From Octopus sinensis (lineage: Eukaryota): a DNA stretch of 64,000 nt. Of the stretch, positions 1 to 12,796 are shown piece after piece; position 1 is the first letter of the stretch; every line of letters begins with the position of its first letter. The stretch is taken from positions 40,486,001 through 40,550,000 of the forward strand of contig NC_043015.1 of the NCBI RefSeq assembly GCF_006345805.1. Direction: 5' to 3'. Both the position numbers and the translations under genes were made by a program. The notes under the pieces were generated by a model, which saw only the letters and a list, made by a program, of their open reading frames with translations, was not told the origin of the DNA and ran no database searches.

Positions 1-504
1 ACATATGTGCATGCATGTATGTATGTAGAGATATGTGTGTATACATACATACATACATATATATATATATATCATTCATTCCTTTTATGTCTGTTTCCCA
101 TGCTAGCATGAGTTGGATGACTACTTCTTAAAGCATTATTTTACAGCCGGATATGACCTTCCTGTCAAGGATCGAAGAGAAATAATGCAGCTTATTGCTA
201 ACATCTCATTCATTCATAAACACAACCGACAGCTCAAAGTCTGGCTGTCTGCACCACCACAACCACCACCACTACCACCACCACCACCCTATCTCATCCC
301 CAACCCCCCTCTCTACCTAATACTTCATTAGAGTTACTTTCGAGATGTGTGGACACATGTTGTGTGACATGTGGCAGTATTGATGGAGTGCTATGTGGTA
401 GTAAAAGGCAGGCGACCAAATCACTTTACGAAGCTTCAAGTGGGGTGGGCATGAATGGAATCAGAAGATGGAATATTTTCCCCAGGCTGTTTCTTAAGCA
501 ACAG

Positions 505-785
505 CATCCTTATGTAATGATGTCCTGGTGTAAAGGACATTCTTATGTAATGATGTCCTGGTATAATGATGTCCCAGTGTAATGACATCCTTATGTAATG
601 ATGTCCTGGTGTAAAGGACGTTCTTATGTAATGATGTCCTGGTGTAATGATGTCCCAGTGTAATGACATCCTTATGTAATGATGTCCTGGTGTAAAGGAC
701 GTTCTTATGTAATGATGTCCTGGTGTAATGATGTCCCAGTGTAATGACATTCTGATGTAATGATGTCCTGATGTAATGACACTCT
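505..785. repeat. Minisatellite: 81-bp higher-order unit built from five 16-17-bp GTAATGATGTCCTGGT-like monomers, about 3.5 copies
   Basis: Direct reading; the spurious minus ORF 436-750 shows the matching 27-aa periodicity. Confidence 0.9.
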
Positions 786-1350
786 CATGGAATGACGTAA
801 GGATGTTCTGATGATGAGAAAGTCAGGAATGATGGAGAAAACTAATGGATTAATTATAGCCAATAAGGAAAAGATGAAATCAAATACACACAGAGATGCA
901 TATATATATATATATACACATATGCACATAAACATGCACAGACGTACATATACACACACATATACGGAGATGAAGAAACAACGCAATAAAAATTGAAAGT
1001 TGGTATTTGGGAAAGCAGTAGAGAATGTCTGTGTATATGGGAGTGGAATCTGTGAGACGCAGAGAGATTGAGATGTGTGTGTATATATGTGGTACGTGTG
1101 TGTATATAAAGACCATGGATAAGGAATAAGAATTATGAGAATAGAATATTTGATTTTGAGTCTATGGATTGGGTATGGGTGGATTGTGTGTGTGTACATG
1201 TGGGTTGTGAATGTGGGTATGTGTGTGTCAATGTATAGATTGTGTGTGTGTACGTGTGGGTTGTGAACGTGGGTGTGTGTGTGTGTGTGTGAATACATAG
1301 ATTGTGTGTGTGTGTATGTGAGTGGATTGTGAGTGTGTGTGTCATTGTAT

Positions 1351-1381
<31 letters not shown>

Positions 1382-1730
1382 ACAGTGTGGGTTGTGAATG
1401 TGGGTGTGTGTGTATCAATACATGGATCATGTGTGTCAACGTATGGATTGTATGTTTATATGGAACTAATATAGATTGTATGTGTCTGTCAATGGATTAA
1501 TGTGTGTGTGTATGTGTGTATCTGACATCTTGTTTGAGCATCTTCACCACTGGTTGGAATGAAGCAGACAAAACATTCCAGAAACCATTCCACAGCAACA
1601 ACAACAAGACTGGCATCAATAATATATATATTAGGCTGAAGGAAATATACAGAAGAAAATTGTAGTAGTAGTAGTGGTAGTGGTGGTGGTGATAGTGATG
1701 TTAATCATCATCATCATCATCATCATTATA

Positions 1731-2000
1731 TAGGTGTAGGAGTGGCTGTGTAGTAAGTAGCTTGCTTACCAACCACATGGTTCTGGGTTCAGTCCCACTG
1801 CGTGGCACCTTGGGCAAGTGTCTTCTACTATATAGCCTCAGGTCGACCAAAGCCTTGTAAGAGGATTTGGTAGACGGAAACTGAAAGAAGCCCGTCGTGT
1901 ATATGTATATATATGTGTGTGTGTGTGTATCTGTGTTTGTCCCCCAACATCGCTTGACAACCAATGTTGGTGTGTTTACATCCCACGTAACTTAGCAGTC
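1731..2000 (+). mobile_element. tRNA-derived SINE family A (CORE-like centre, probably octopus OR2-like), 3'-truncated
   Basis: Head GAGTGGCTGTGTAGTAAG...GGTTCAGTCCC, central ACCTTGGGCAAGTGTCTTCTAC; more than 15 homologous copies in the window. Confidence 0.85.
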
Positions 2001-2671
2001 ATATAACTACATCCATGTGAATATTATGCATGTGTGTATGTGTACACATGTATCTATGTGTATGTATGTTTATATGCATGCAAGCGTATGTGTATACACA
2101 TGTCTGTATATATATATATATATATATATGTATACATGCATGTGTGTGTTTGTGTACAAGTGTGTGTTTTGTGTTTATGCAGTTGGACCCTAAACAGACA
2201 GGTCAAAGGTTCAAAACTAGATACAGTAGCAATATTCTGGCCCTGACTGTGACCCCTACTCAACATGTTATGATTAACAGAGCTCACAGGACATATGGGG
2301 GGGGGGGAGACATATTGTGGTGGAGCCTCTATATGGTCAACCTACCAGAAATAGCAACCAAATCTCTCTCAAATCACACTGTCTGGAACACTGTCGGTCA
2401 TTGGCTTGCTAGACCACATCTGACCAATGGCTAAACAACACTGACTGTCTAGCTTTTATCTTTTACGTGTTTGTCACTGGACAGTGGCCATGCTGGGGCA
2501 CCACCTTGAAGGATTTAGCTGAACAAATCAAGCCCAGTATTTATTTTTTCAAACCTCATACTTTTTTTATTGGTCGTTTTTGATGAACCACTAAGTGATG
2601 GGGATATAAACAAACCAACACCAGTTGTCAAATGGTAAAGCTGGAACAAACACAAATACACACAGATAGAT

Positions 2672-2709
<38 letters not shown>

Positions 2710-2815
2710 GTATGTCTTTGATTATAATCACCCAGCAAATTTTTATGGATAACACCATACAAAATTCTGGTGCATCTAAATTAAGTACCATATTCATTCG
2801 AATCTAAATTTTTGC

Positions 2816-2854
<39 letters not shown>

Positions 2855-3043
2855 CATACACACACACACATAATGGGCTTCCATGCAGTTTCTGCCAACT
2901 GAATCCATTCACCAAGTTTTTGTAAGCTGAGAGCCATGACAGAAGACTCTTGTCCAAGGTATCACCCAGTAGGACGGAACCCAGAAACACAAGGTTGGGA
3001 AGCCAGCTTTGTAAGCGCAAAACTACACCTGCACCTTCTAAAC

Positions 3044-3372
3044 CAGAGGTTCTCAACCCCCAGGCTTCATACGAACCCATGGGAGGTGGGGCGGGGTCAA
3101 TGCTAGCAAAATAGTAAATTGGCTATTTACAAGTGTTTTAAGAGTCCAATAAAAATTTCGATTTCGGTGTATTTATTGCAAGAAACGGGTTTCTTTCTTG
3201 GATGTTTTGTATAATTCAACCTACACAAGAGAATGGGTGGAAAACAACAGAGGAATTTCGAAAGAAATCTCTAAAAAACTAGTTTTTAAACATTGAATGG
3301 TGATGAGGGTCCACCAGAAGAGAATAATAATCAAAGGAGTCCCATGGTCAAAAAATGGTTGAGAATCCCCTG
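3044..3372. mobile_element. hAT (Charlie-type) MITE
   Basis: TIRs CAGAGGTTCTCAACC / GGTTGAGAATCCCCTG; flanking 8-mers TTCTAAAC / CTCTAGAC fit the NTCTARAN target. Confidence 0.8.
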
Positions 3373-3399
3373 CTCTAGACAAAATATCTGAATTTGCCG

Positions 3400-3790
3400 A
3401 CTGGCTTCTGTGCCGGTGGCACGTAAAAAGCACCAACAGATCGTGGCTGTTGCCAGCCTCGCCTGGCACTTGTGCTGGTGGCACATAAAAAGCACCAACT
3501 GATCGTGGCCGTTGCCAGCCTCCCCTGGTACCTGTGCTGGTGGCACGTAAAAAGCACCAACTGATTGTGGCCGTTTCCAGCCTCACCTGGCACCTGTGCC
3601 AGTGGCACGTAAAAAGCTCCCGCTACACTCACGGAGTGGTTGGCGTTAGGAAGGGCAATCCAGCTGTAGAAACACTGCCAGATCAAGATTGGAGCCTGGT
3701 GCAGCCTCCCGGCTTCCCAGACCCCGGTCGAACTGTCCAACCCATGCCGGCATGGAAAGCGGACGTTAAACGATGATGAAGATGATGATC
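3400..3790 (+). mobile_element. Family C retroposon: RTE-type LINE 3' region with internal ~60-bp tandem repeats and (GAT)n tail
   Basis: Four GTGGCACGTAAAAAGC units, then GGAAGGGCAATCCAGCTGTAGAAAC...GTTAAACGATGATG; other copies near 13605, 17325, 24070, 28200, 30355, 44205, 46015, 59378 and 61105. Confidence 0.75.
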
Positions 3791-4834
3791 AAGCAGCAAA
3801 TGTTGAGGGAGATATTTTTTTAGTAAGGATTCATTATGGCTATATGTGGGTGTGTCCTGGGATGCTAGGATGGATGTTATGACCCTTTTATGGTGATGTG
3901 GTTAGCTGTGTGTGTGTGTGTGTGGGTGGGGAGGAACAGGATGGTCGTGGGGGGATGGGTGTGGGTTGCTCGGGGAGGATTAATAGAAAGGAACCAAAAT
4001 GATGTAGCTTGCTTGTAAAGTGTCTTCCTGTGTATTGCAGAAGATAATTAGGGCCCAGCGGAAGGGGTTTAGGGTAAGGTAGGGGGAGGCAAGAGTGAGA
4101 CATACAGACAGACAGACAGACAGACACAGATGTTCAGCTGCTGACTGGGAATTCTTCAAATTCCACAGTTGTAAAACTGAAAATGCCCCTGTAAGATGTA
4201 TTACTACTGCCACCACCACCACCACCACCATACCACCAGCACTACCAGCCAAAAGAGCAGCTACTATCTTGTGGTTGCTAGAAATAGCAGCCAAATCTCT
4301 CAAATCATATTTCAGCATGCTAGATAAAAAAATTAAAAAAAGAAACACATTAGATAATGTAGTTTTAGATATGCTATGTTTGAATAAATAAAAAAATAAA
4401 TAAACAGGATGGTCTTGGATGGAATGCCTTTAGTCATAAGCTTGCTTGACCAACAATAATTACCACCACCACCGCTACTACTACCACCACCACTACCACT
4501 ACTACTACTACTGTTGGAGATGGTGAATGGCAGTCTAAACTAGCAACTATTTCAATGACCTGCTGCTGTCTTAACAGGAGTGAGTGTCACAGACTCTGTG
4601 TGTGTGTGTGTGTGTATACATATGTGCATATATATGTATGTATGTACATTTGTGGGCAGAGCAGAGAGAGACAGTGAACAAGAGGATAAATGGTATGGTT
4701 GGACAGTTGGTTGGTATGGGGGAGTAAGGAAGATCTTGGTGATGATAATGAGATTGAGAAAGGATGGAGGAGGGAGAGAGAGAGAGAGAGAGAGTGGAAA
4801 GAGACAAATATTCTAAACCAGATGCAATCCAAAT

Positions 4835-4907
4835 AGTTCTGTGGTGTAAATGGTTAGCACTCTGGACTCCAAATCCAGCAATCAAAGTTCAAGTCTTGGT
4901 AGAACCT
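4835..4907 (+). pseudogene. tRNA-Gln-derived gene, probably a pseudogene, with anticodon altered to CCA
   Basis: Aligns by eye over 73 nt to the metazoan tRNA-Gln(CTG) sequence GGTTCCATGGTGTAATGGTTAGCACTCTGGACTCTGAATCCAGCG...GGAACCT; mismatches at pair 1-72 and in the T stem; T-rich terminator-like tract follows. Confidence 0.8.
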
Positions 4908-5090
4908 AAGCTTCTTCCTTTCTTTTCTTTTGGTATCTATCTTTTTCCAGATGCTACAGACGACGAGTGATAAAGCTTAAAATATATATAATGTTAGAAA
5001 TAATATATTTCTGAATCCTTCGGAGAGAAAGATTTATGCAGTAGCAGCACAATAAAGTGATAGGCATCTCCAACTAGCAAGCCATGCAAC

Positions 5091-5133
5091 TCCAGACTGA
5101 TGAAGTGCAATGACTCTGAAACTAGTCTCTGGA
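5091..5133 (+). ncRNA. Minimal type I hammerhead-like motif at the apex of a long hairpin (5059-5163)
   Basis: TCCAGA-CTGATGA-(stem II, imperfect)-GAAA-CTAG-TC-TCTGGA. Confidence 0.7.
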
Positions 5134-5214
5134 TGCTGGTTTTGCTGGATGGAGGTGCTTATCTCCCCCTTTTGTAAACATAAGGACACAGGAAATGTGT
5201 CCAATCCAACAGGA

Positions 5215-5432
5215 AACAGGCGAAATGCTTAGTGGTATTCTGTCTGCCGTTATGTTCTGAGTTCAAATTCCGCCGAGGTCAACTTTGCTTTTCATTCTTT
5301 TAAGGTCGATTAAATAAGTACCAGTTACACACTGGGGGGGGGGGGGGGGTCAATGAAATCGACTTAATCCCTTTGTCCTTGTTTGTCCCCTCTATGTTTA
5401 GCCCCCCCCCCGGGGGGCAATAAAGAAATAAA
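5215..5432 (+). mobile_element. tRNA-derived SINE family B, partial
   Basis: GAGTTCAAATTCCGCCGAGGTCAACTTTGC...AAGTACCAG centre and TTAGCCC...CAATAAAGAAATA tail shared with the 28687 and 39526 copies. Confidence 0.8.
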
Positions 5433-5849
5433 TATCATTAATAGTAGGATTAGTAACAGTAGCATCAACACATTAATTAACATCGTATTATTAATAGTAT
5501 CATTAAGGCGACAAACTGGCAGAAGCATTAGCATGCTGGGGAAAATGCTTAGCGGCATTTCCTCGTCTCTAGGTCTCTGAGTTCAAATCCTGTTGGGGCT
5601 GATGTAATCAACTGTCCCCCTCCCACAAATCTTAGGCCCCGTGCTCTTAGTAGAAAAGATTATTAATAGAATTGTTATCATATATGTTAGTTTACATAGT
5701 ATTATCAATACAATTAGTATAGTCAATCACTGCAGTACTATTAATAGTATTATCATTAATTATTATGTATATTTGTTAACAAAGTATTATAAACAGTTCA
5801 CAATCAAAAGGTAGAGAGTTTGATTCCCGGACCAGGCTGTGTGTTGTGT

Positions 5850-6188
5850 TCTAGCAAAGACGCATGCTTCAGTGGTTTGAGCACCAGGCTCAGAATCGTG
5901 AGGTAATGAGTTCAATTCCTGGATCTGGCTGTGTGTTGTGTTCTTGAGCAAGACACTTTATTTCACATTGCACCACTTCACTCAGCTGTACAAATGAGTC
6001 GCGACGTCACAGGTGCCCAGCTGTATCGGCCCCTTTGCCTTTCCCTTAGATAACATCAGTGGCCTGGAGAGGGGCCGGTGGTATGCATGGGCAACTGCTG
6101 GTCTTCCATAAACAACCTTGCCTAGACTTGTACCTTGGAGGGTAACTTTCTAGGTGCAATACAATGGTCAATCATGACCGAGGGGGGG
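5850..6188 (+). mobile_element. tRNA-derived SINE family E
   Basis: A/B-box-like head, then TTGTGTTCTTGAGCAAGACACTT...CACTCAGCTG; related fragments near 11050, 21280, 39980 and 54820. Confidence 0.65.
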
Positions 6189-6731
6189 AGAGCACTCATT
6201 ATAAACAGTGGTGAATGCATTGATTAACGTAGTATCGTCAAAATTATTTGTTATATTATTAATTACAATGTAGGTAAGTGAACATGGTAGTATCAAAACT
6301 GAGAGGACAGCATCCAGTTTTTTTGCCCCGATTGGTAACACAACAAATAAACTTCCACGTCCTTCCCTCCGCCCCATCCACATCCACATAGAACAATCGT
6401 TCCCCCACCACCACCACTACAGTGTCAATAAAATGTCTTTAGTATTTTATAGACACAGAGATACACAACAGATGACTTTATACACGCACAAGAGAGAGAT
6501 CAGGTGTGTGTGTGTATATATGTATGCACGTGTGTGTGTGTGTGCATGTGATGTCACTCACCTCAGACACATGCAGCATAACAGACATATCCAGACAACA
6601 ATACACACACACACACACACACACCTTGAGCAGTTGAGACAACAGGCCTTTGTTTCTCCACAGAAACATATTGAGTGTGTTTGTGTGTGTTTAAGAATAT
6701 GGATGACAGAGAAAGTATGTGAGTGTGTGTG

Positions 6732-6793
<62 letters not shown>

Positions 6794-7691
6794 CACATAT
6801 ATATATACACATACACATATTCAAAGCCACGTCATTTTATGAAAGACATAATTTTTAGATGACGGTGGTGGTGGTCGTGGTGGGGGTTCTGAGCCTGTGA
6901 CACCGCCACCATCACCAACAGCAAAACTAGGACAGCACCACCGATGCCACCTCACATTATCGCAACGTGTTACACGAGTCAATGATGGAAACTACACGTT
7001 AGATGCTGGAAATAGCAAGCATCCCACCCACCTATGAGACCACTGCCATTGGAAGGCAGAAGGACACACAGACTGTACCGAGACGTCTCAGGGAGATTAA
7101 AACCAAAAAAAACACAAATGGAACGAGTCCGATCGAAAGTGATTGCTCCAGCAGGGCTGAACCACACTCAAATGACATTAACAGTGGCAGTTTTGTAGAA
7201 AGAGCATCTCCCACCTCTTGCACATAGACATCAGGGTACGGGGGTGGGGGGCAGATATATAGGTGCGTGTGTAGATACGTGTGTGTGTGTGTGTGTGTGC
7301 ATATCATTGCTTATGTCACATCCCCCACCCCACCACCACTTAACAACTGGTGGTCGTTTGCAAGCATATGTCTTCATAACTGAGCGGTTCAGCAAAAGTG
7401 ACTGATAGAATAAGTAACAGGCTTTTAGAAAGAACATAAGTACTATTGGGGGTTGATTCATTTGAGGAAAATTCTTCAAAGTGATGCTCCAGCATGGCTG
7501 CTATCTAAGGACTGATACAAGTAAACAAGTAAAAGAATATATATATACTGTGTGGTAATAAGCTTGCTTCCCAACCACACGGTTTCGGGTTCAGTCCCAC
7601 TGAATGGCACGTTAGGCAAGTATCTTCTACTATAGCCTTGGGCTGACCAAAGCCTTGTGAGTGGATTTGGTAGACAGAAACTGAAAGAAGC

Positions 7692-7733
<42 letters not shown>

Positions 7734-8438
7734 CTTGACCGACCAGTCCATCGGGTGTCCATTTAACACCGCTGGTCACAGCACGCTGTCCACTCCTCTC
7801 TGGATCACGCCTTTCTCATCCACGTGATCCCAATTGTCCTCCTGAAATCGTAACTATATATATATATATATATATGCTATCAGTTTGTGCCTTTGTGTAC
7901 CTCCTCTTTTCCTCTGCAAGAGTTTCTACTCAGAGTTCCGAGCCCTTCTTTCTACAATGAGTTCTTCAATGAGATCTTAGCCACTAAATCTGCAAAGATA
8001 GTCACGGCTTGGCTCATATAACACATCTTGAGATTTTTCTTGAGAGAAACTTTATGGCACTTGAGAAACACTCCAACAGAATGTTTGCTAACGAAGGCCA
8101 GCCATAAAACACTCCTAGTGGAATGTCATCGTCCTAAATTCAAGCCACATGACCACACAGCATTGAAAGTGACAACTCATTAGGCATGTCTGTTTGTCAC
8201 CAGGTTTATAGCAGAGAGTAGGACAGTTGTATTGAGTATTATGTACTCTTATTAGGTCTTACAGATTTTGTAAAAGCCACAAGAATGAAAACTGCTTAAC
8301 TATCTTTATATCAGTCAACAGAACAGGATCTGTGTTCGTATTCATTAGGGCCTAACAAGCTATAACAGGAAGTAAGGTCTAGCTGTCTGTAAGTGTTTCT
8401 TACAGGCAAATCTACCAAAGACTTTAAAGTAAACTTAA

Positions 8439-8641
8439 CCCTTTCGTTACCAACCCGGCTGAAACCGGCTCTGGTTCTGAGTACAGATGTTTTGTTTCCA
8501 TAAGTTTTGAATTAAAAATCTTCCACCAAACCTTAGTCACAATTTATGTTCCTAACACTAGATAAATGATAACTAAGTTATTTTACCAAATTTTTTGAAA
8601 GAAACTCAGAGCATCTCAACAGAAATATGGTAACAAAAGGG
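8439..8641. mobile_element. piggyBac-type MITE, copy 1
   Basis: TTAA-CCCTTTCGTTAC...GTAACAAAAGGG-TTAA. Confidence 0.85.
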
Positions 8642-8672
8642 TTAAAATGTATAAAAGAGAAACAATTCTTAA

Positions 8673-8892
8673 CCCTTTTGTTAGCAACCCGGTTGAAACC
8701 AGCTCTGGTTCTGAGTACAAATGTCTTGTTTTCTTAAGGTTTGAATTAAAATCTTCCACCAAACCTTAGTCACAATCTATGTTCCTAACACTAGATAAAT
8801 GATAACTAAACTATTTTACCAACTTTTTTGTTGTATTTAAAGTAATTGAAAGAATAACAGCGTATCTCAAAATAAATACAGTAACGAAAGGG
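8673..8892. mobile_element. piggyBac-type MITE, copy 2 (same family)
   Basis: TTAA-CCCTTTTGTTA...TAACGAAAGGG-TTAA; internal sequence homologous to copy 1. Confidence 0.85.
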
Positions 8893-8896
8893 TTAA

Positions 8897-9470
8897 TGAA
8901 GACTAAAGTCTTAGGATATAGGAAAGGCCCTGACTGCCATCAGGGAAATGGGTGAGCTTGATATGCAGAAAATGGGAAGGTAGGAACACAATACAGGTAT
9001 AGCCAACGTAAATTGTGGACCCACAAGGGTTGTAGTGAGATCATAGATAGGTGGGCAGAGGTGGAGTTCATATAAACAGGAGGTCAAATAAACTCTCTCC
9101 CATTTTTGGAAGGCTCTGTTGGATGTAGCTGATAGCTTCTGTAACCCAAGGGACCAACTTACAAAGAGGTGGGTGTGCTAAAAGCTGAGTAGCCAGAATA
9201 AGATTAGGACGGAGAAAGTTCGGGGGGCCTCTGATAGGAACCAAGTTTACAAGGGCTCTCTCTTGGAGTGAAGACCAGATTGGATGATGAAATGCAATGA
9301 TGTTTTTGTAATAAGAGAAGGGCCTTGGATGCAGAAGATCTACAACGACTGGAAAGAAACAAAGCATCTCTGTTCGATGTGTAAAAGTGCATGAATGACA
9401 AAACACAAATGAGACGAGAGAAAAACTGGATACAAACTGGGTCAGGTGTACAATGGAGAAAACAGCATTT
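8897..9470 (+). pseudogene. Degenerate RTE-clade LINE ORF remnant (region after the RT domain)
   Basis: Frameshifted fragments KTKVLG, PSGKW..ICRK..GRNTI, KLWTHKGCS, GGCAKS.VARIRLG..KF, EDLQRLERNKAS and REKLD match the RTE ORF as recalled. Confidence 0.75.
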
Positions 9471-9939
9471 GGCACAGACATATATGTAATATACACAGCC
9501 ATATAAATCAAATGCCCTGCTTCACTCACTGTGGTACAATAGATGGATCATTCTGCCACTGAATACACTCACACAGGTTATAATTCACTTCATTGATTTG
9601 CTGATTTATTTTTTTATTGATCAGTTTGTCTAGGTTGTTGACCGCCGCACATCTGTTGCCCTCTCAACGGCTTCCAACAGTTGTTGCTGTATTTGACGAC
9701 ATGACTTTCTCAAAGTACAACAATATCTGCTCCGGCTAAGAAGAGTTTCACACCAAACACTTGCAAAGCAATTACAGAAACGTGTTCGTGTGTGTATGTG
9801 TGTGAGAGAGAGAGAGAGAGAGTAAGGTAGGTGGGGGGTGGGGTGGCTGAGTATTCAGCAAGAAGCTCTTCAAAGATTGGCTAAACGAAGCATTACATCA
9901 GCAACTAATTCAGACACGTGGAACATGTGTCTCTATATG

Positions 9940-10081
9940 GGTGTGCATATACACACACACACGTATGTATGTATATACTCACACTTTACATACATGCACA
10001 TATCAGACATACATACGCACATACAGCACAGACAGACATATACATACATAAATACATACACACACACACACATATATATAT

Positions 10082-10115
<34 letters not shown>

Positions 10116-10170
10116 CTATATATATATACACACACACACACATATATATATACACACACATATATATATC

Positions 10171-10204
<34 letters not shown>

Positions 10205-10249
10205 TACACACATATATATATATACATACACACACATATATATCTATAC

Positions 10250-10280
<31 letters not shown>

Positions 10281-10325
10281 CACATATATATATACATATA
10301 TGTGTGTATACACACACACACAGAC
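9940..10325. repeat. Compound (CA)n/(TA)n microsatellite
   Basis: Direct reading. Confidence 0.95.
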
Positions 10326-11008
10326 ACCAGTGTTTGGCAGTTCAGGTTGAATTTTGATACATTTATATATAGATTATACTTCCAGAAATAATTTGATATT
10401 TCTCAGTTGGTTTTTCTTTCGTTAGCTCCCCCACCGTCACCAGCCTCACGTCTCCCCCCCCGACCTCCAATCACTATCTCACCACCACCACCACCCAGTT
10501 TGTACCCCCCCCCCCACAGATGATGGTGGCAGACCAATGAATCATTAAAATGAATTTACAGTTACTGAAATGTTCCGCAGGCAGCCAGCCACCACTTACG
10601 TTCTCTTGTTTATAAGACAAAAACATATATATATCTATACATCTGTGTGTTTGTGTGTGTATGAATGTATATATATAATAATTATTTGAGGGAATATTAT
10701 TCCTAACTTACAGGGAAAAATTCAATTTAGAAATACTAAATCAAATTTCACAAAATATAATATATATATAAAAATTAGGAAAAAAACCACCTTTTATCAA
10801 TTCAAAATACTCTTTTACTTGTTTCAGTCATTTGACTGCAGCCATGCTGGAGCACCGCCTTTAATAGAGCAACTCGACCCCAGGACTTATTCTTTGTAAG
10901 CCCAGTACTTATTCTATCGGTCTCTTTTGCCGAACCGCTAAGTGACAGGGACATAAACACACCAGCATCAGTTGTCAAGCGATGTTGGGAGGACAAACAC
11001 AAGCATAC

Positions 11009-11051
<43 letters not shown>

Positions 11052-11348
11052 GCATAGTGGTTAAGGTGTTGCACTCACAATTGTGATATCATGGGTTCAA
11101 TTCCCAGACCGATTGTAATGTTGTGTTCTTGAGCAAAGCACTTCATTTCACATTGCTCTGCGATCATTTCGACATCTGGACATGCGGCACCTGTTGCACC
11201 TGTACAGGTAATGTCGATCTGATGGAGGGAGTGAACATATCTGATACTATCTGATATTCTACAAACCAATCCAACTCATGCCATAAGTGGACATCAAATG
11301 ATAATGATGACAACAAATATACAGCGTATCCTACATAGAACACATATA

Positions 11349-11761
11349 CTCTTTCCTCTCTTTTACTCGTTTCAGTCATTTGACTGCGACCATGCTGGAG
11401 CACCGCCTTTAGTCGAGCAAATCGACCCCGGGACTTATTCTTTGTAAGCCCAGTACTTATTCTATCGGTCCCTTTTGCCAAACCGCCAAGTGACGGGGAC
11501 GTAAACACACCAGCATCTGTTGTCAAGCAATGCTAGGGGGACAAACACAGACACACATACATACACGCACACACACACATATATATATACATATATATGA
11601 CGGGCTTCTTTCAGTTTCCGTCTACCAAATCCACTCACAAGGCATTGGTCGGCCTGGGGCTATAGGTAGAAGACTCTTGCCAAAGATGCCACACAGTGGG
11701 ACTGAACCCTGAACCATGTGGTTGGTAAGCAAGCTACTTACCACACAGCCACTCCTGTGCC
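11349..11761 (-). mobile_element. SINE family A, full length
   Basis: Complete from the GGCACAGGAGTGGCTGTGTGG head to the GGCGGTGCTCCAGCATGG...GACTGAAAC..GTAAAAGAG tail. Confidence 0.9.
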
Positions 11762-12796
11762 TATGTGGCTACATTACATACAAAAGATACTATAGAACAT
11801 GCACTATATGCATATAGATAGGTGGAGGCTTGGCTGTGTGGCTAAGAGGCTTGCTTTGCAAACCTGTGGGTTAGGGTTCAGTCCCACAGCATGGTACCTT
11901 GTGGGAAGTGTCTTCTACTAAAGCTCCAGGCTCACCAATGCCATGTGAGTAAATTTTGTAGACAAAAACTGTGTGTATGTGTGTGTGTTTGTTCTCCCCA
12001 CTGCTTGACAACCAGTGCTGGTTTGTTTACATCCCTGTAATTCAGGACTTCATCAAAAGAGTCCAACAGAATAAGTACTGGGCAGATCAATCTCGGTTTT
12101 TTTTTATCTGGGCTTTGATCTGTTCAATTAAAAGTGGCCTTTTGAAGTGGTGCCCCAGCATGGCCACAGTCCAATGAGTGACCGACCATACACAACAAAC
12201 ATAGGGCAAAGAGTGTTTGAAATTCCTCCCATTTTTTCCCTGCTGCATAAATTTGTGATGAGAATAATAATAATAATAATAATGATGATGATGATGAGGA
12301 GGAGGAGGAGGAGGAGGGGGAGGCAGAGGAGGAGGAAGAAGAAGAAACAAGCACCTGCTAATGGGTGTTTTCCTCTTTCCATCAACTTCCTCCTCCTCCC
12401 GTGCCTCCTCTCCCAACACATCTAAAATGGCAACCTATAATCACAGCACTCCACCCCCACCCATGCCCACCCCCTGCTATTCTTAGTTTTCAGTTGACTG
12501 CAGCATTTATTCATTTATTTGTTTATCATTTTCTTTTTTTTTCTTTCTTTTCTGTAATTCTAAAGGTTGGAATGGTAAATAAACGTGGAACCATCCAACC
12601 AAACTGAACGAGCCACAACAACGTTGCTGTTGTGTCAACGGGCGATGTCATGTCCGGGTTGGTGATTATTTCAAACAACTGACTGGCATAATTAACTCTT
12701 TGCCTCCACACTTTAACTACTCCCACACAACATGCAAACTAGTACACTATACTAACCACCTTAAATAAAGACGCAATTGATAACGTAGCCCTAGAT

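Noticed and set aside
436-1439. 104-aa and 244-aa minus ORFs
   Set aside because: Products of the 81-bp minisatellite and (TG)n tracts.
6859-7227. Unique-looking plus-strand ORFs (e.g. 7003-7227)
   Set aside because: No recognisable homology or consistent splice structure; may be non-coding unique sequence.
9068-9529. 153-aa minus ORF
   Set aside because: Antisense of the RTE remnant.
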